A stretch of 41,713 nt of DNA from Caecitellus pseudoparvulus (taxonomy: Eukaryota > Protista > Bigyra: Bicosoecida): the NCBI GenBank assembly GCA_965644315.1, contig CBFFRQ010000213.1:1-41713 (forward strand). Direction: 5' to 3'. Position numbers and translations under genes: made by a program. The notes under the pieces were generated by a model, which saw only the letters and a list, made by a program, of their open reading frames with translations, ran no database searches and was not told the DNA's origin. Within the stretch, counting starts at the first letter, position 1. Each line of letters opens with the position of its first letter. Positions 23,282-37,022 of this stretch are shown in pieces.

Positions 23282-23659
23282 TTATTTAGTTTTATGTTTT
23301 TTAGGTTTTATAAAACCTTTTACACGTTTAAAACTTTTACCATTTGAATGAGTACGTTGACCATTTAATGGTAAAGATAAACGATGTCTTATACCTTCAT
23401 ATACATTACTTTTAATTTTTAAATCAATATTTTTTTTTATTTTTCATTTAAGCTCTTTATCAATATCTAAGTTATTATCAATATAATTACTAATATTATA
23501 TAAAGTACGTTGATTTAATTGTTTTAATTTAATTTTTGGATTTATATTTAATTCATTACATATAATTAAAGCCTGAGCTTTATTTATACCAAAAAGATTT
23601 GATATACCATAAATTATTTTTTTTTTTTCATCTAAAATTGTATTAAAAAGTTTAATCAT
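23282..23659 (-). CDS. rps13: ribosomal protein S13 (125 aa)
   Basis: LFGI...A..IC and YEGIRHRLSLPLNGQRTHSN motifs. Confidence 0.96.
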
Positions 23660-23661
23660 AA

Positions 23662-24030
23662 TTAAATACGTTTTGTACCATATTTTGATCTAGCGTTTTT
23701 ACGATTTTCTAATCCAGAAAAATCATAAACTCCACGAACTAATTTATAACGAATACCTGGTAAATCTTTAACACGCCCTGCACGTGCTAAAACTACTGAA
23801 TGTTCTTGTAAATTATGTCCCATTCCAGGAATATATCCATAAATACGTTTTCTATTACTTAAACGTACTCTAGCCAATTTTCTAGTAGCAGAATTTGGTT
23901 TTTTAGGGTTTCTAGTAATTAATTTTAAAATAGTACCCTTTTTTTGAGGATTTTTTTCCAACGCTGAAAATTTATTGGTTCTATGTTTTTTTTTACGACC
24001 TTTTTTTATTAATTGTATTAAAGTAACCAT
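23662..24030 (-). CDS. rps12: ribosomal protein S12 (122 aa)
   Basis: [17 protein letters not shown] and RVKDLPG motifs. Confidence 0.98.
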   Translation of the reverse strand: MVTLIQLIKKGRKKKHRTNKFSALEKNPQKKGTILKLITRNPKKPNSATRKLARVRLSNRKRIYGYIPGMGHNLQEHSVVLARAGRVKDLPGIRYKLVRGVYDFSGLENRKNARSKYGTKRI

Positions 24031-24045
24031 AAAACTTTTAAAAAA

Positions 24046-24249
24046 TTATTTAAAAATTTTAATATTTTGAATTAAATTAGTTTCATAATTTAAAATATTT
24101 TTTACAGTTTTAAAATAATTGATAAGAAAAAAACGTGCGTTTAATTTTAAAAAGTTTTCACTTATAGATTCATTTGCAAAAGTTTGTAAGAAAATTAAAA
24201 AAGTACAAAAAAAATATTCAATAAAAATTTCTTTATCCATTTGAGGCAT
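24046..24249 (-). CDS. atp8: ATP synthase subunit 8 (67 aa)
   Basis: N-terminal MPQMD followed by a hydrophobic segment and a basic tail. Confidence 0.85.
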   Translation of the reverse strand: MPQMDKEIFIEYFFCTFLIFLQTFANESISENFLKLNARFFLINYFKTVKNILNYETNLIQNIKIFK

Positions 24250-24314
24250 TATATAATATATTAATAAAATATATCATATATTAATATATACTTATATATA
24301 AATTTTAAAATATT

Positions 24315-25229
24315 TTAACCTATACGTTTTTTAGCAAAATAATTAAACATAATAGCAAAATATTCATCATCAATTAAATGACTTTTATCACCAAAAATAC
24401 TTAAAGCAACAACACTTATAGGCATGAATCCATGATTTACACCACAAATCTCACTACATTGTCCATAAAAGTTACCTGGGCGTTTAATAAAAGTACTAGT
24501 TTGATTTAAACGTCCTGGACATGCATCTAATTTAATACCTAAAGCTGGTACAGCTCAACTATGTATAACATCAGCAGAAGTTATTAATAAACGTACTTTA
24601 GTTTTAACAGGTAAATATAAACTATTATCAACTCTTAATAAACGTTCATGTTTATATTGTACTGCATCATCTGGTAACATATAACTATCATAACTAAAAA
24701 TTTTTTCAGCTCCGTCTAAAGCTTCTTTAACAGTATTTGAAAAATCTTTATTATCAGCAGAACTTAAATTATCTAAACCTACTGAATTTCAAAAAGAACT
24801 TCCTTCATCAAAAGCTTTATATAAATCTCCATAACCTTTTAATAAATATAGAGGATCTACCATTTCATATGATCAATATCATTGATGACCTATAACTTTA
24901 AAACTAAAAGAAGATTGGATTACTTCATCAATAGAATATAATAATGAAAATGATGGAATTGCTATAGCAATTAAAATTAAAGCAGGAATTATTGTTCAAA
25001 TAATTTCTAAAACAGGTGCATGAGTTACTACAATAGGTTCTTTAACAGTTTCACTATTAAATAACATAATACAACGAGATAACATATATATAACAAATAT
25101 ACATATAACTACTAAAAAGAAAAATAAATCATGGTGAAAATTAACTATACCTTCCATTACTGGAGTAGCTGCTATTTGAAAACCAAATTGTCAATTAGTT
25201 CCTGATTCTAAAATATTTAATAAAAACAT
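24315..25229 (-). CDS. cox2: cytochrome c oxidase subunit 2 (304 aa) with ~45-50 aa insertion
   Basis: GHQWYWSYE, DVIHSWAVP and CuA motif [16 protein letters not shown]. Confidence 0.98.
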
Positions 25230-25237
25230 TTTTTTTT

Positions 25238-25310
25238 TACAAAAAGAGGGATTCAAACCCTCGACTTTAACCTTGGCAAGGTTACACTCTAATCGCTGAG
25301 TTATTTTTGC
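25238..25310 (-). tRNA. trnG: tRNA-Gly (GCC), non-canonical D and T loops
   Basis: Cloverleaf, anticodon GCC; the D loop lacks GG and the T loop is TTTGAAT. Confidence 0.9.
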
Positions 25311-25338
25311 ATAAAAATTATAAAACTTTTAAAAATTA

Positions 25339-26832
<1,494 letters not shown>

Positions 26833-26841
26833 ATTTAAAAA

Positions 26842-26915
26842 TACTCGTTACCGGACTTGAACCGATAATGTATAGATTTTAAGTCTACTGTGTCTACCAA
26901 TTCCACCAAACGAGC
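26842..26915 (-). tRNA. trnL: tRNA-Leu (UAA) lacking a long variable arm
   Basis: Leu-type D arm GTGGAATTGGTAGACAC, anticodon TAA, 5-nt variable region. Confidence 0.9.
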
Positions 26916-26927
26916 TTAAAATTTTTA

Positions 26928-27791
26928 TTAATTTCATGTATAATCATAAAAATAACGACTTTTATCTGAAATAAAATTTAAAGAGTTTTTTACATCATAA
27001 GTTGGTGTTATTTTTATAATACTTTTAGCTTCTTTTTTATTTTTTTTATTAACAAAATTATTTGAAATATTTTTGTGTCTAATATGAGCTTCAACAAAAG
27101 TACCTGAAGTATTAGTAAAATCAATTATTTTTGTTTTTTTTAATTCTCAGTGACGAGATCTATATTTATGTATATTAGAAGTTAATGCACCTACTGGACA
27201 TAAATCTACTAAATTACCTGAATATTCACTATTAACAAATTTATTTAAATAAGTACCTATTTCCATAGATCCTCCACGTCCTAAAGCTTTTAAAGTTTCA
27301 AAATTACCAAATTTTTCCATAAAACGTACACAGCGTGTACAATGAATACATCTAGTCATAGTAGTTTTAACAATAAAACCTAAGTTTTTATCTTCTACTT
27401 TACGTTTATTAATTTTAAAATTTCTATTTCTATCTGATCCAAAATCTTTTGTATAATCTTGTAAGTCACAAATACCTCCTTGATCACAAATAGGACAATC
27501 TAAAGGATGATTTACTAATAAAAATTCTAAATTATTTTCACGTGCTTTTTGTACTAAAGGGCTATTTAAAAAAATTGATGCTTTATTTACTAAAGGTGTT
27601 GAACACGATACTAAAGGTTTTGGAGCTTTATACACTTCAACAAAACACATTCTACAATTTCCTGCTATATTTAAAAATTCATGATAACAAAATCTTGGTA
27701 AATTATAATTAAAAAAGTCTACTACTTGAATAATAACACTTAAACTATTTTTTCATAAATTATATTGAATATTATTTAATCAAATAATCAT
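26928..27791 (-). CDS. nad11a: NADH dehydrogenase subunit 11, N-terminal Fe-S part (287 aa)
   Basis: PRFCYH...AGNCRMC, HPLDCPICDQGG.CDLQD, RCIHCTRCVRF and DLCPVGALT; ends after SDKSRYFYD. Confidence 0.96.
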
Positions 27792-27841
27792 TTTAATAAT
27801 TTTTTTAAACTACAAAAAAAAATATATTTATTTTTTTTTAA

Positions 27842-29342
27842 TATTTGTCCAACCACAAGTTCCCTTACAGTTACCTTGTTACGACTTCGTCAGGGTTACA
27901 TTTTTGTTCGTGAACAATTGATTAAATTAATAATAAAAAAATAATTTAAAATAATTAAATTATTTCTATATTATTAATTCAGTTAGTGTCTTCTGACCAA
28001 AAAAACTTCCTTGACGTGACGGGCGGTGTGTACAAGATCCCAAAACTATTCACCATGGCGTACTAATCCACGATTACTAACGATTCCATCTTCATAAAGA
28101 TGAGTTACAATCTTTAATTCGAACTAAGATAATTTTTTAAGATTTGCTTATTTTCACAAACTTGCATCTTTTTGTTTATACCATTGTAGCACATGTGTAG
28201 CCCAATTTAAAAGGGCCATGACGACTTGACGTCGACCTTTTTTCATCTTTATAAATATATAAAGATTCTTTTAGAAAAATAAAAATAAATTTTTTTATTT
28301 TAAACTAAAAGTAAGGGTTGCGCCCGTTCTATCCTAAAGGGACTACATCTCACGACACGGGCTGACGACAGCCATGCAACACCTATTAAATAAATTGGTA
28401 AGATTTTACGCGGATTATCGGATTAAACCACATGCTCCACCGTTTGTAAGAGACCCCCGTCAATTCCTTTGAGTTCTAATCTTGCGACCGTAGTTCCCAG
28501 GCGGAATGTTTAACGCGTTAGCTTTAACATTAAATTTAAAATTTAACATCTAACATTCATAAGTCACAGCACAGACTACCAGGGTATCAAATCCTGTTTG
28601 CTACCCGTGCTTTTGTCTTATCAGCGTCAGTTTTAAGTTAATTGTTTGTCTTCACCCTTGGTACTCTTTCTTTTATTTAAAAATGCCACCTATCCATAAA
28701 AAATACTAACAATTTGACTTAAACTCTAAGTTATATAGTTTATAATTAATTTAAAATTTAATTTAAAATTTAAAATGTTTATACTTACATAAAACCGCCT
28801 AAAGACTCTTTACGCCCAGTTCGACCGAATAACGCTAGCCCCCTTCGTATTACCGCGGCTGCTGGCACGAAGTTTGCCGGGACTAAATTAAAAAATGTCA
28901 TTTTCCTTTTTTAATATAGAGTTTTACAACTTATTGTTTTTAAAAGCCGTCATAATCACCCAAAAGACATCGCTGGATCAGAATTTCTTCCATTGTCCAA
29001 TATTCCCCACTGCAGCCTTATAAAAGTTAGGGCCTTGTCTCAGTCCCAATGTGGTTGTACGTCCTCTCAGACCAACTAAGAATTATGGGCTTGGTAAGCT
29101 ATTACCTTACCAACAACCTAATTCTATATTGTAATATCACCAAGCAAAATTTTTCTTTTTATAAAAATTCCTTGAAATTTTTAAATTATTCAAGATTATT
29201 TAATTACTTGAACTTGGAGGTTAATTTTAAACAATACATTACTCACCCGTTTGCTACTCAAAAAAAAATTTTTGTGTTAAACTTGCATGTGTAAAGCATG
29301 CCCGAAGCGTTTATTCTGAGCCAGGATCAAACCCACACTCTT
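27842..29342 (-). rRNA. rns: small subunit rRNA (ends approximate)
   Basis: GTTTGATCCTGGCTCAG, GTGCCAGCAGCCGCGGTAA, GTACACACCGCCCGTCA and AAGTCGTAACAAGGTAAC. Confidence 0.97.
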
Positions 29343-29414
29343 TATTAATTAATTTAATATACTAATATTAAAATTATATCAAAAATCACTATAAAATTTA
29401 TATTATTAGTTTTT

Positions 29415-29486
29415 TATCTATTACGAGAATCGAACTCGTGTTTTTACCGTGAAAAGGTGATGTCCTGACCACTAGACGAAATAGAC
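29415..29486 (-). tRNA. trnE: tRNA-Glu (UUC)
   Basis: Cloverleaf with anticodon TTC. Confidence 0.95.
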
Positions 29487-29591
29487 ATATATTTATTTTA
29501 ATATTAAATAAAAATAAATAAAATTGGAAAGATTTTAAGTATATTTAATAAAATATACAAATTAATTTAAACTTTTATATAAATAAAAATC

Positions 29592-30092
29592 TTATTTTAT
29601 AAACTTATTATAAATTTTTTTTCGTTTTAAATAACGTTTATTTTTTATAACTAAATCGTAATGATTTAATTTTAAACTTGAGTTTCAATTTTCGATTTGT
29701 TTAAAAAGTTTTAATTTATTAAAAATATGAGAATAAAGACTTGAACTCCCTTTTTTTATATTTAATTCATTTTTTAATCATAACATAGTATTATAATTTG
29801 ATTTTGAATTATATAACGGTACTAATTTATAACGAATATTTTTTAAATTCTGACGTTTAAATTTTTTATTACCTTTAAGATCTTTTAATAAAAAAATATA
29901 ACTTTTATTTTGTTCAAATCATGTATGTATCATTTTTAAACTCTTTCAATTAGTAACAATTAAGTTGTTAATATTATTATACTTAACTTGTTTTATATTT
30001 TTATAAAAATATTTAAAAAATTGACTTATTAATAATTTTTTTTTTCCACGTTTAGTAAAAAATTGTAATATTATTTTAATTTCGTTTTTCAT
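29592..30092 (-). CDS. rps7: ribosomal protein S7, divergent (166 aa)
   Basis: FTKRGKKK, LVPL......MLWL and K...H.....NKRY layout of S7; not in the ORF track because of TGA codons. Confidence 0.7.
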
Positions 30093-30102
30093 AAATAAAA
30101 TA

Positions 30103-30486
30103 TTATTGTCAATCTAAAGCTCCCATATAAATTTCATAAACAAAACCTATTATAAGAATAATTAAAAAAATCATCATTGAAAAAAACGATATAGCTGGTA
30201 ATACACTAAAAGAAACTCCTCAAGGTACTAAATAAATAACTTCAATATCAAAAATTAAAAATAAAATAGCTACTATATAAAAACGCACATCAAATTTATT
30301 ACGAGCATCTTCAAACGGTTCAAAACCACATTCATAGGCTGATATTTTTTCTTTATAAATTTTTTGTTGAATTAAAACATAAGATACTACAACTAAAAGT
30401 AAAACTAAAATTAAACTAAATAAACCAAAAAAACATATTATTTCAATCATAGGTTTGTAAACTAATTGATTATAATAAAAAAGCAT
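30103..30486 (-). CDS. nad3: NADH dehydrogenase subunit 3 (alternative start at 30450)
   Basis: [17 protein letters not shown]...PW and C-terminal GALDWQ motifs. Confidence 0.96.
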
Positions 30487-32471
30487 ATAAATAAAAATAA
30501 AATTAAAAGACGTAAGTCAATAAAAGTTATTAAAAATGGTAATAAAAATAAAATAATCATTATTAATAAACTTGTTATAAAAATAATATAAACATAATGA
30601 TATAAAAAACTAAAAGTTAATTTATTAGTTTTTAACATTTGATTATAAATTAAACTTGAAATACCATGAGGTCCTATAATTTCTAATAAACCGCGATCAA
30701 TATTTTGATAAACATTTTTATAAGAAACATTTAAAAAACCTTGTGAAATTCATTCATTATAAACTTTATCAAAAAATCATTTTCTATTTAAAAAATTATA
30801 TATTTTTTGGGTAAAACTATTTAATTTTCATTTAAAAAAATTAAATGAAAAAAAATCTTCAGTATATAATAATGAAGCTAAAAAAGCACTTGTAAAACCA
30901 AGTAATAAAGGAATATCTTTTAGATAAAAATCTAAATTTTCAGCTTCAAATAATAATCAATTTTGAGTTTTAACATAAATAACATTTGATCAATAATTTA
31001 TACCTACACCTATTATAAAATCTTTTGACATATAACCTATATATAAAGCAAAAATACTTAAAATAGCTAAAGGTATAGCCATTATATAATTACTTTCATG
31101 AGAATTTAATAAACTTTTTTTAAAAGCTAAAGGATCTTCAACAAAAGTATAAAAAAATGAACGGGTTGAGTAAAAAACTGTTGTTAAAACTGACAAATGT
31201 CCTAAAAAACTTGCAAAAGAACCCTCAGTAGTAAATTGTACATTAGCTACTTCTAAAATAGCATCTTTTGAATAAAAACCTGTTGAAAATGGAAAACCTT
31301 CTAAAGCTGATGAACCTATAATCATACATAAACTAGTAAATATTATAAAATCTGATAAACCTCCCATTTTACGCATATCCTGTTCATCACTTAAAGCATG
31401 AATTACAGAACCTGCACTTAAAAATAAAAGCGCTTTAAAAAAAGCGTGGTTATATAAATGAAAAAAACTTATTTGATAATTCGATAATCCAGCTACTAAA
31501 AACATGTACCCTAATTGACTACAAGTCGAATATGCTATAACACGTTTTAAATCATTTTGAGCTAAACCTACAGTACCTGCTAAAAAAGCAGTAAAAGCTC
31601 CCATAAAAGTTATTATAACTAAAATTGACGGAGTATATTCAAAAATTGGAGAACATCTTATGATTAAAAAAACACCTGCAGTAACCATTGTAGCCGCATG
31701 AATTAATGCAGATACTGGTGTAGGTCCTTCCATCGCATCTGGTAATCATGTATGTAAACCTATTTGAGCTGATTTACCCATACAACCAATAAAAATGAAT
31801 AAACAACCTAAAGTTAAAATATTAACTTCAGTATTAAAAAATATAAAATATTTATTACTAAATTCAGGTGCTAATGCAAACATAGTATAATAATTAATAC
31901 TTTTAAATAAATAAAAAAAAATGAAAATACCTATAGCTAATGCAAAATCACCTACTCTATTTATAATCATTGCTTTAATAGCTGCTTTATTTGCTTGTAT
32001 ACGTTGAAATCAAAAATTTATTAATAAATATGAACATAAACCAACACCTTCTCATCCTACAAACATTTGTAATAAATTATCTCCTGTTACTAAAATAATC
32101 ATAAAAAAAGTAAATAAAGATAAATATGATATAAAACGTTTTATAAAAGGATCTTCTCCCATATATTCTAATGAATATATATGAACAGCAGTTGAAATAG
32201 ATAAAATAACAAATAACATCATTACACTTAAACTATCAAAAATAAAACCTCAAGAAATATCAATTGTTGTACAAACAATTCAATTACCTAATTTTAAATA
32301 AGCTTTAGTGTCACATAAAATAACTTCATAAATTAAAAAATAGGTTAATAATAATATAAAAACCATATTAAAACAAACTAATCTTAATAAATTTTTTTTA
32401 TTTAATAAAAAACCAAAAAGTTGTATAATTAAAGTATTTAATAATGGAATAAAAATAATAAATAAAAGCAT
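30462..32471 (-). CDS. nad5: NADH dehydrogenase subunit 5 (669 aa)
   Basis: [42 protein letters not shown] and HAFFKALLF; TAG stop at 30462-30464. Confidence 0.97.
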
Positions 32472-32502
32472 TATAATTAAAATAAAAAAACCCTACTTAA
32501 AA

Positions 32503-32576
32503 CACATTCTAAAGGATTTGAACCTATGACCTGCAGCTTAGAAGGCTGTTGCTCTATCCAACTGAGCTAAGAATGC
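32503..32576 (-). tRNA. trnR: tRNA-Arg (UCU)
   Basis: Cloverleaf with anticodon TCT. Confidence 0.95.
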
Positions 32577-32606
32577 CTATAAAAATTTTTTCTTATAAAA
32601 ATTTTG

Positions 32607-33239
32607 TTAAATAAAATTAATACTACGTTTATAATTTGATTGTAATCCTGGATCTTGTTGAAATAAAAATTTATGGTTTATAGGTTCTACAGTTAAAACA
32701 ATTGCACCTACCATACCAATAAACAAGATAAAACCACACTCTAAAAATGGTACTAATTGTTTAGTAAATAAAAAAGTACTGAATTCATATAAGAAAGAAG
32801 ATTGAGTATATAGTTGTTCAAATGAAAAATAATCAACATAAATACTACTAGTTAAATTTATATTATTATCAATTAAAAAATTAATATTTGATTTCATAAT
32901 ATTTAAAATATCTAAGTAATTATTGTCTAAATAATATAAAATTATAATAAAAAATAAAAAAATAAAATCAACAAATTTTCAATATTTTAAATAAACATTA
33001 TGATCATTAGATACTTTAATATCAATCATCATAACAATAAATAAAAATAAAATAGCAATTGCTCCTAAATATACTGCTAAAAAAACTAAACCTATAAACA
33101 TAAGTTTTAAAATTACTATAAAAATAGTAGTTGTAGTAAATAATCCTATTAAATTTAAAATACAATGAATAGGATTTAATGATAAAATACTTAATAAAGC
33201 AAAAGTTAATAATAATGAAAAATTAAAAAAATGTATCAT
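32607..33239 (-). CDS. nad6: NADH dehydrogenase subunit 6 (210 aa)
   Basis: NPIHCIL.LI, VYLGAIAILFLFIVMM and LFIGMVGAIVLT motifs. Confidence 0.95.
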
Positions 33240-33254
33240 ATCTAATATATTTAT

Positions 33255-33327
33255 TATGCCTGGAAAGATTCGAACTTTCATCAATAGATTCGTAGTCTAC
33301 TACTCTAGCCGATTAAGCTACAAGCAC
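33255..33327 (-). tRNA. trnR: tRNA-Arg (ACG)
   Basis: Cloverleaf with anticodon ACG. Confidence 0.93.
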
Positions 33328-33387
33328 TTAAATAAAAAATAAGTAAAAACAAGATATTATTCTTGCCTTTACGATTTAATTAAATAA

Positions 33388-33642
<255 letters not shown>

Positions 33643-33682
33643 TCAAAACCGTTTTATAAAATAAATATATATAAAATTTTAA

Positions 33683-35911
33683 TTAAAATCCTAAATCTTT
33701 ATAATAATTTAGAATATTTTTTATTGATAAATTAAATGAATAATTTATATCATTATAAGTAGGATCTTTTATAACTCCACCACGTAAAGTTTTTAAATCT
33801 AATTCAATATAAGATGGTATAAATCAATATTCATTAAAAGGTCTTTCAAATTTATTTTTTTTTAAAAAACGTCAACGTGTTTTATTCAATAGTTTTTTTT
33901 TAATTTTTTTTAATCTATTTAATGAATGACGTTGTCTGGTTTTATTTTTTAATAATTTTTTATTTAATTTAAATCAAATAAAAAAACGTTTTTTATAAAA
34001 ATAATTTGACATTAATAAATTTTCAGAATATTTTTTAGTTAAATTTTTAAAAAAGACAAAAAATTTTTTATTTTCTTTTAATGAATATTTTATATCTTTA
34101 TATAAACTTTTATTCAAATTTTGATAATTTTCAATTAATTTTAAAATATATAAACGTTTATTTAAATTATTTGAAATTTTAAATTTTGTTAAAAAAATAT
34201 TATTTATTTTTTGTGAATTTAAATTTAACAAATTACTAAAAAACTTAATATAAAAATTATTTATTAAAATTTTTAAATTAAAAATAAAAATTTTAAAAAA
34301 TAAATTTAAAAAAATTATTTTTTTTTTAATTTCAAAAATATTATTTATATTTTTATTATGAGTTAATATAAAATCATCTTTAAAATTTGAAATTTTATTA
34401 GATTTTTTATAATTTAAATTAGTAAATATATTAAAAATAAAATTATTTGAATAAAGATTAGAAATTTTATAATTATTAATTTGCTTATTTTTAATAATTT
34501 TATCAAAAAATAATGAATAAAGACTTAAAATAGTTTTTTGTTTTAATGTATTATTCACTTTAGTTAAATTAATATTTTTTATCATAAATTTTTTTATAAT
34601 AGATTTAAATATAATTAATTTTTTTGAAGTTTTTTTATCTTCTAAAATATTAAATTTAATTTGTTTATATTTAATATATAAAAATAATCATAAAAAATTT
34701 AAATTTTTATTATTTAATAATTTAACTAATTTATAAAAATAATTCAATTTATTTTGTATTTTAACTAATCTATTTAATAATTTTATTTTAATCAATTTTT
34801 CTTTAATATTTTGATATTTAATAAAAATAAAATTATCAAATTTTAAATTTAAATTTATTTTATTTATTTTAGTTAAACGTTGATCTGATATTTTTTTAAA
34901 ATAAGAATTTTTTTCTTGTTTATTATTAAGAAATTTTTTTAATATTTTAGGTACATGTTTATTATTTGATTTTTTCTTATTAAAAAATTTTTCACTTTTT
35001 TTTATATTTTTGTAATTATAAAAATTTACAAAATAACGTTGAGTTTTGTATAACTTTTTAATATTTAATTTTGATTTTAATAAATCTAATTGTTTATTTT
35101 TATTAAATTTATAAATATTTACTTTTTTTTTCAATAAAAAAGAATTATTTGAATCTAAAATATATTTATTTTGATTTAAAACATTAATTAATTTTGCTTC
35201 TTTTTTATAATTTAAATTAGTTAAAAGTGTTAATTTTTTTTTATTTAAAAAACGACGTTTATTTAAATAAGATAATAAATAATATTTTTTATACATTTTT
35301 TTTTTTCTATTAAATAAAGAAATTAATCGACTTAAACGTTTATAAATCTTATATTCAAAAATATATAAAAAAAAAAATCAATATTTTTTAGGTACTGAAA
35401 TAATATCTCCTACTTTAACAACTAAACTTGTATTATCAGTTTTATTACCATTTATAAAAACACCATTAGTTTTTATAAAAAAATGGCTTGCAAAAATAGT
35501 AGGAAAAAATTTCATTCTAAATAAAACAGTACTTATACGAAATTCAAAAGCTTTTAAAAAACTATTTAATTTGTTTAAACGAGATTTTTTATAATTTAAA
35601 AATAAAATACGTTTAAAATTTGTAAAATCATTTTTACCATAAAATAATAAAAAACTTTTACGTTGAATTATAGCATTATTAAATTTAAAATTTTTATTAC
35701 TTTTTTTTCATTTTTTTTGAGAACGTAAAAAACGACGTTTTGAAATTCATTTTAAATTTTTTAATTTTAAATATTGTCTATGTCAATAACCTTTTCTAAG
35801 ATACTTACGTCCTCGAATGTCATTGAATTTTCATAATCTAGAATTTTTGTAAGGATTTATTTTAGAATTTAATTTTAAAACTAATTTTAATCTTGGTTTG
35901 TAAAAATTCAT
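33683..35911 (-). CDS. rps4: ribosomal protein S4 with large K/N-rich insertion (742 aa)
   Basis: S4 domain FEFRISTVLFR..F.PTIFAS......V.ING.....S..VKVGDIIS and C-terminal PSYIELDLKTL; continuous frame under code 4. Confidence 0.92.
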
Positions 35912-35916
35912 TTTTA

Positions 35917-35989
35917 TGGAGATAATCGGAATCGAACCGATGACCAAATATATGCAAAACATTCATTCTACCAATTGAACTATATCCCC
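35917..35989 (-). tRNA. trnA: tRNA-Ala (UGC)
   Basis: Cloverleaf, anticodon TGC, G3:U70 identity pair. Confidence 0.95.
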
Positions 35990-36017
35990 TTTTTATTTTA
36001 TTTATAAAATTTTTTTA

Positions 36018-36317
36018 TTAAAAAGAAAAAACAACATTATTAAAAACTTTATAATATAATACTAATAAACCTAAAGCAATTGCAGATTCAGTAGCTGCAA
36101 CTGTCAAAATAAAAATAGATACTATAAGACCTTCCATATCATGTATTGATATAGCAGAACTTACTAAAAAATAATTTATACCAAAAAACATTATTTCAAT
36201 ACAAATTATACAAATAACTAAATTATATCTATTTAAAATTAAACCAATTAAACCAAAAAAGGATACTAATAAAGATGCGTTTAATCACATTGAAAAATTG
36301 AAAAATACACTTAACAT
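36018..36317 (-). CDS. nad4L: NADH dehydrogenase subunit 4L (99 aa)
   Basis: CIEIM and ILTVAATESAIALGLLV motifs. Confidence 0.96.
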
Positions 36318-36326
36318 TTGTAAATT

Positions 36327-37013
36327 TTATTTAAAAGTTTTTTGTTTCTTTAAAAAACTATTTAATATTTTTATATGTTTTATATCTAACTTAATAAAAT
36401 TTTGTTTAAATAATAGAAATTTAATATATAAAATTTTAACTGATTGATAAAAAATTGATATATAATTATTTATAAAAAATATAATCAAAAATAAACTTAA
36501 AAAAAAATATATTAGAATTACATTATTAAATATAAATAATAAAAGATAACTTATCATAAATCAAAATAAAGTTATTTTTCATTTAAAATCAATATATAAA
36601 AAACTATATATACTTATATTAATTAGTATTAAAACCAAAAAAATTTTTAAAAATTGTGAATACAAATTAATTTGGTCAAAAATATTAATTTTAATTATAT
36701 CAAAATTTATAAATTCAAATAAAAAAAATTCATTTCTATTATATAAAAAATAAAATTTTGTTAAAAAAAATAATCAAAAACAAATTAAAACAAAATTAAA
36801 AAAAAGAATTAAACGTAATTGAATTAATTCATATCAATATAAAAAATTTTTTAAAAATACTAATAATATTCAATACAAAAAAAAACTTATTAAAAATATA
36901 AGTATAACAAAATTTTTATAATATAAATATTTCAAAATATATAAAAATTGTAAATTTATTAAAAAAAATAATAAATTAAAAAAAAATAAAAGACAAAATA
37001 ATACAATAAACAT
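36327..37013 (-). CDS. multi-pass membrane ORF228, possibly a highly divergent TatC (MttB)
   Basis: Open 687 nt with about 5 hydrophobic segments; FLKNFLYWYE recalls the TatC F..P.L...E motif and IKINIFDQINLY recalls the TM3-4 loop. Confidence 0.45.
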
Positions 37014-37022
37014 TAAATACTA

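Noticed and set aside
29049-29294. 81-aa ORF on +
   Set aside because: Antisense to the SSU rRNA.
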